NCBI RefSeq assembly: GCF_006345805.1
Contig: NW_021828678.1
Coordinates: 1-7,906 of the forward strand
Reading direction: 5' to 3'
Source of the DNA: Octopus sinensis
Taxonomy: Eukaryota
Length of the DNA: 7,906 nucleotides
A model generated the notes under the pieces. It searched no databases. It saw nothing but the letters and a program-made list of their open reading frames with translations, and had not been told where the DNA came from. Positions within the stretch are counted from its first letter, which is position 1. Each line of letters opens with the position of its first letter. Position numbers and translations under genes: made by a program. Below are positions 7,357-7,906 of this stretch, piece by piece.

Positions 7357-7453
7357 CAAATCATTATGTCACGTCTGTTGCGCTTATGTATATACGTACG
7401 ATACGTACACGTATATACATAAGCGCAAAGACTTGATATAAGGATTTGATGTA
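7352..7453. repeat. ~100-bp near-perfect inverted repeat (46-bp arms) at the 5' end of the RLE element
   Basis: 7378-7397/7409-7428 pair 20/20; 7352-7362/7443-7453 pair 11/11; the intervening arms pair with two mismatches, one G-T and one bulge. Confidence 0.9.
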
Positions 7454-7461
7454 CGTACGTA

Positions 7462-7545
7462 ATGTATGTATGTATGTATGTATGTATGTATGTATGTATG
7501 TATGTATGGTATGTATGTATGTATGTGTTTCTCTCTCTCTCTCTC
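7462..7545 (+). repeat. (TATG)n microsatellite followed by (CT)n
   Basis: Direct read. Confidence 0.95.
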
Positions 7546-7562
7546 AACATGTGTGTATATAT

Positions 7563-7790
7563 AAGTTAAGTTAAGTTAATTTTTTTGGCTCAAAAAGCAA
7601 AAAGCAAGGCCATGTAGGGGGACAGGGAGTTATGTACAGGGTGGTGTTTCATGCAAAGAGTTCAGTCAGAGCCATTTCTGCTGGTCAAGGCATCTTTGAA
7701 CCGAGCGGTTCGTCGACATCTTCACTATCTCGTCTGGCAGCTTATTCCACGGATCCGCAACCCGGACGGAGAAAGCCCCCCTCCTTCGAT
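7563..7790 (-). mobile_element. 3' end of a CR1-type LINE (ORF2 C-terminus, 3' UTR, (TAACT)n tail)
   Basis: Minus strand 7788->7666 reads RRRGAFSVRVADPWNKLPDEIVKMSTNRSVQRCLDQQKWL*, matching the CR1 terminal motif (R..FFS.RV...WN.LP..VV....FK..LD). It is followed by a ~100-nt UTR ending GCTTTTTGCTTTTTGAGCCAAAAAAATTAACTTAACTTAACTT. Confidence 0.8.
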
Positions 7791-7906
7791 TGTATGCATA
7801 TTCTTATATATGTATACAGATTGTATATATATAGGTTTGGTTTGCGAAACATAAATAATATTATGAATCTGTGTGTGTGTGTATAATGCGACAGGTGCAC
7901 ACGAAT

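Noticed and set aside
7632-7886. ORFs 7632..7886 and 7651..7854
   Set aside because: Antisense to the CR1 3' fragment and running into low-complexity sequence.
1-7906. CRISPR array, intact tRNA/rRNA gene, or prokaryote-style operon/defence system
   Set aside because: No regularly spaced repeat-spacer structure, no complete cloverleaf, no rRNA similarity and no gene-dense coding sequence; the window is eukaryotic repeat-rich DNA.

Overview
AT-rich eukaryotic non-coding DNA with no credible intact protein-coding gene, RNA gene or CRISPR array. About a third to half of it is simple repeat ((TA)n, (CA/TG)n, (TATG)n, (GATA)n, (AG)n), which explains nearly all of the Y/I/C/V/H/T-rich ORFs. The rest is decayed retroelement sequence: a CR1/L2-group LINE 3' remnant (+, ~468-1285), two copies of a tRNA-derived SINE (-, ~2115-2532 and ~5828-6122), an RTE-type SINE/3' fragment with a (GAT)n tail (-), a probable Penelope-like terminal repeat with a minimal hammerhead motif, the 3' part of a restriction-like-endonuclease (R4/Dong-like) non-LTR element (-), and a CR1 3' end (-). 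The repeat content resembles coleoid cephalopod (Octopus-like) DNA; this is inference from recall, not a database result. The most interesting observations are: (1) the LINE and SINE share a 3' tail whose terminal 14-nt hairpin differs by three compensatory base pairs, suggesting a LINE/SINE partner pair with structure-based recognition; (2) five mutually unrelated fold-back inverted repeats (32-260 bp), two next to retroelement 5' ends; (3) a Penelope-type minimal hammerhead ribozyme motif. I found no evidence of a new protein-coding system.
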